This document shows, piece after piece, positions 63,126 to 64,000 of a stretch of 64,000 bases of DNA (its first letter is position 1; each line of letters begins with the position of its first letter). Below the pieces are notes generated by a model. That model saw nothing but the letters and a program-made list of their open reading frames with translations, did not search any database and was not told where the DNA came from. The DNA is from the human T2T-CHM13v2.0 reference genome, Homo sapiens. A program made the translations under genes and the position numbers. Location of the stretch: NCBI RefSeq assembly GCF_009914755.1, contig NC_060947.1; one strand, written 5' to 3'.

Positions 63126-63569
63126 TAATGGGGAAGAGTTGACAAATGAAATAATACCTGCCTTCCAACCCCAAAGTTAATGTATCTGTTTTTTAGGAGA
63201 AGCTTCCAGAACTATCTACTGCCACAGATAACTGTGGTCTGTATTTTCAGTCCCGGATGTTCCTATTTGAAGCTTTTGTTTTTCTCCTAAATAAGCTTAA
63301 TATCTTTTGTTGTGAGACTCAGCTTCATTTTCCAAGATGGTGGCAACGTTTTTCTTGCTAAGACTGTAATTTTGAGAGACCCTTTACAACTAAACTTCTC
63401 AATCATAAGTACTTTTCTAGCACAGTGCTAGTTGCTGTGTGAGATATAACAGACGTAAGCCTTGACTTCTTTTCTAGTTGCCCTTAATTATTGCTTATAG
63501 GAAATTGAGTTACATTATTTCTTTAACTAGCTGGATGTTTTAAAATGGCACTTTAAATGGCATGTTTAA

Positions 63570-63882
<313 letters not shown>

Positions 63883-64000
63883 TTAAAATGGCATTTTAAT
63901 CCTCCTGTCTCCCTCCCTCCAACCCCATGCCTTACACACAGATACACAGTTCTCCTCACTAGCGGTTGAGGATGTAATTTTAACTGCAAAATTCCCACAA

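Overview
Human-type (primate) genomic DNA covering most of the X-linked glycerol kinase gene GK on the + strand. Eighteen consecutive GT-AG coding exons (exons 2-19 in 21-exon numbering, including the 18-nt KISHSV microexon) join in frame to 1504 nt, from [10 protein letters not shown] to WVTTQSPES. The first exon and the last exons lie outside the window. Introns are packed with Alus (about 36, many with visible target-site duplications), plus L1, L2, CR1/L3, MIR, MaLR LTR and hAT MITE relics and simple repeats. Nearly all ORFs in the supplied track are repeat artefacts. I found no intact novel biological system. The most unusual signals are two heavily decayed minus-strand Ty3/Gypsy-like coding relics (RT in intron 3, gag in intron 4), a candidate poison exon or recursive splice site inside the RT relic, a 71-bp direct repeat bracketing an L1 ORF1 fragment, the splicing context of the microexon, and a strikingly CpG-rich exon 18. 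Repeat family calls were made by eye and their boundaries are approximate.
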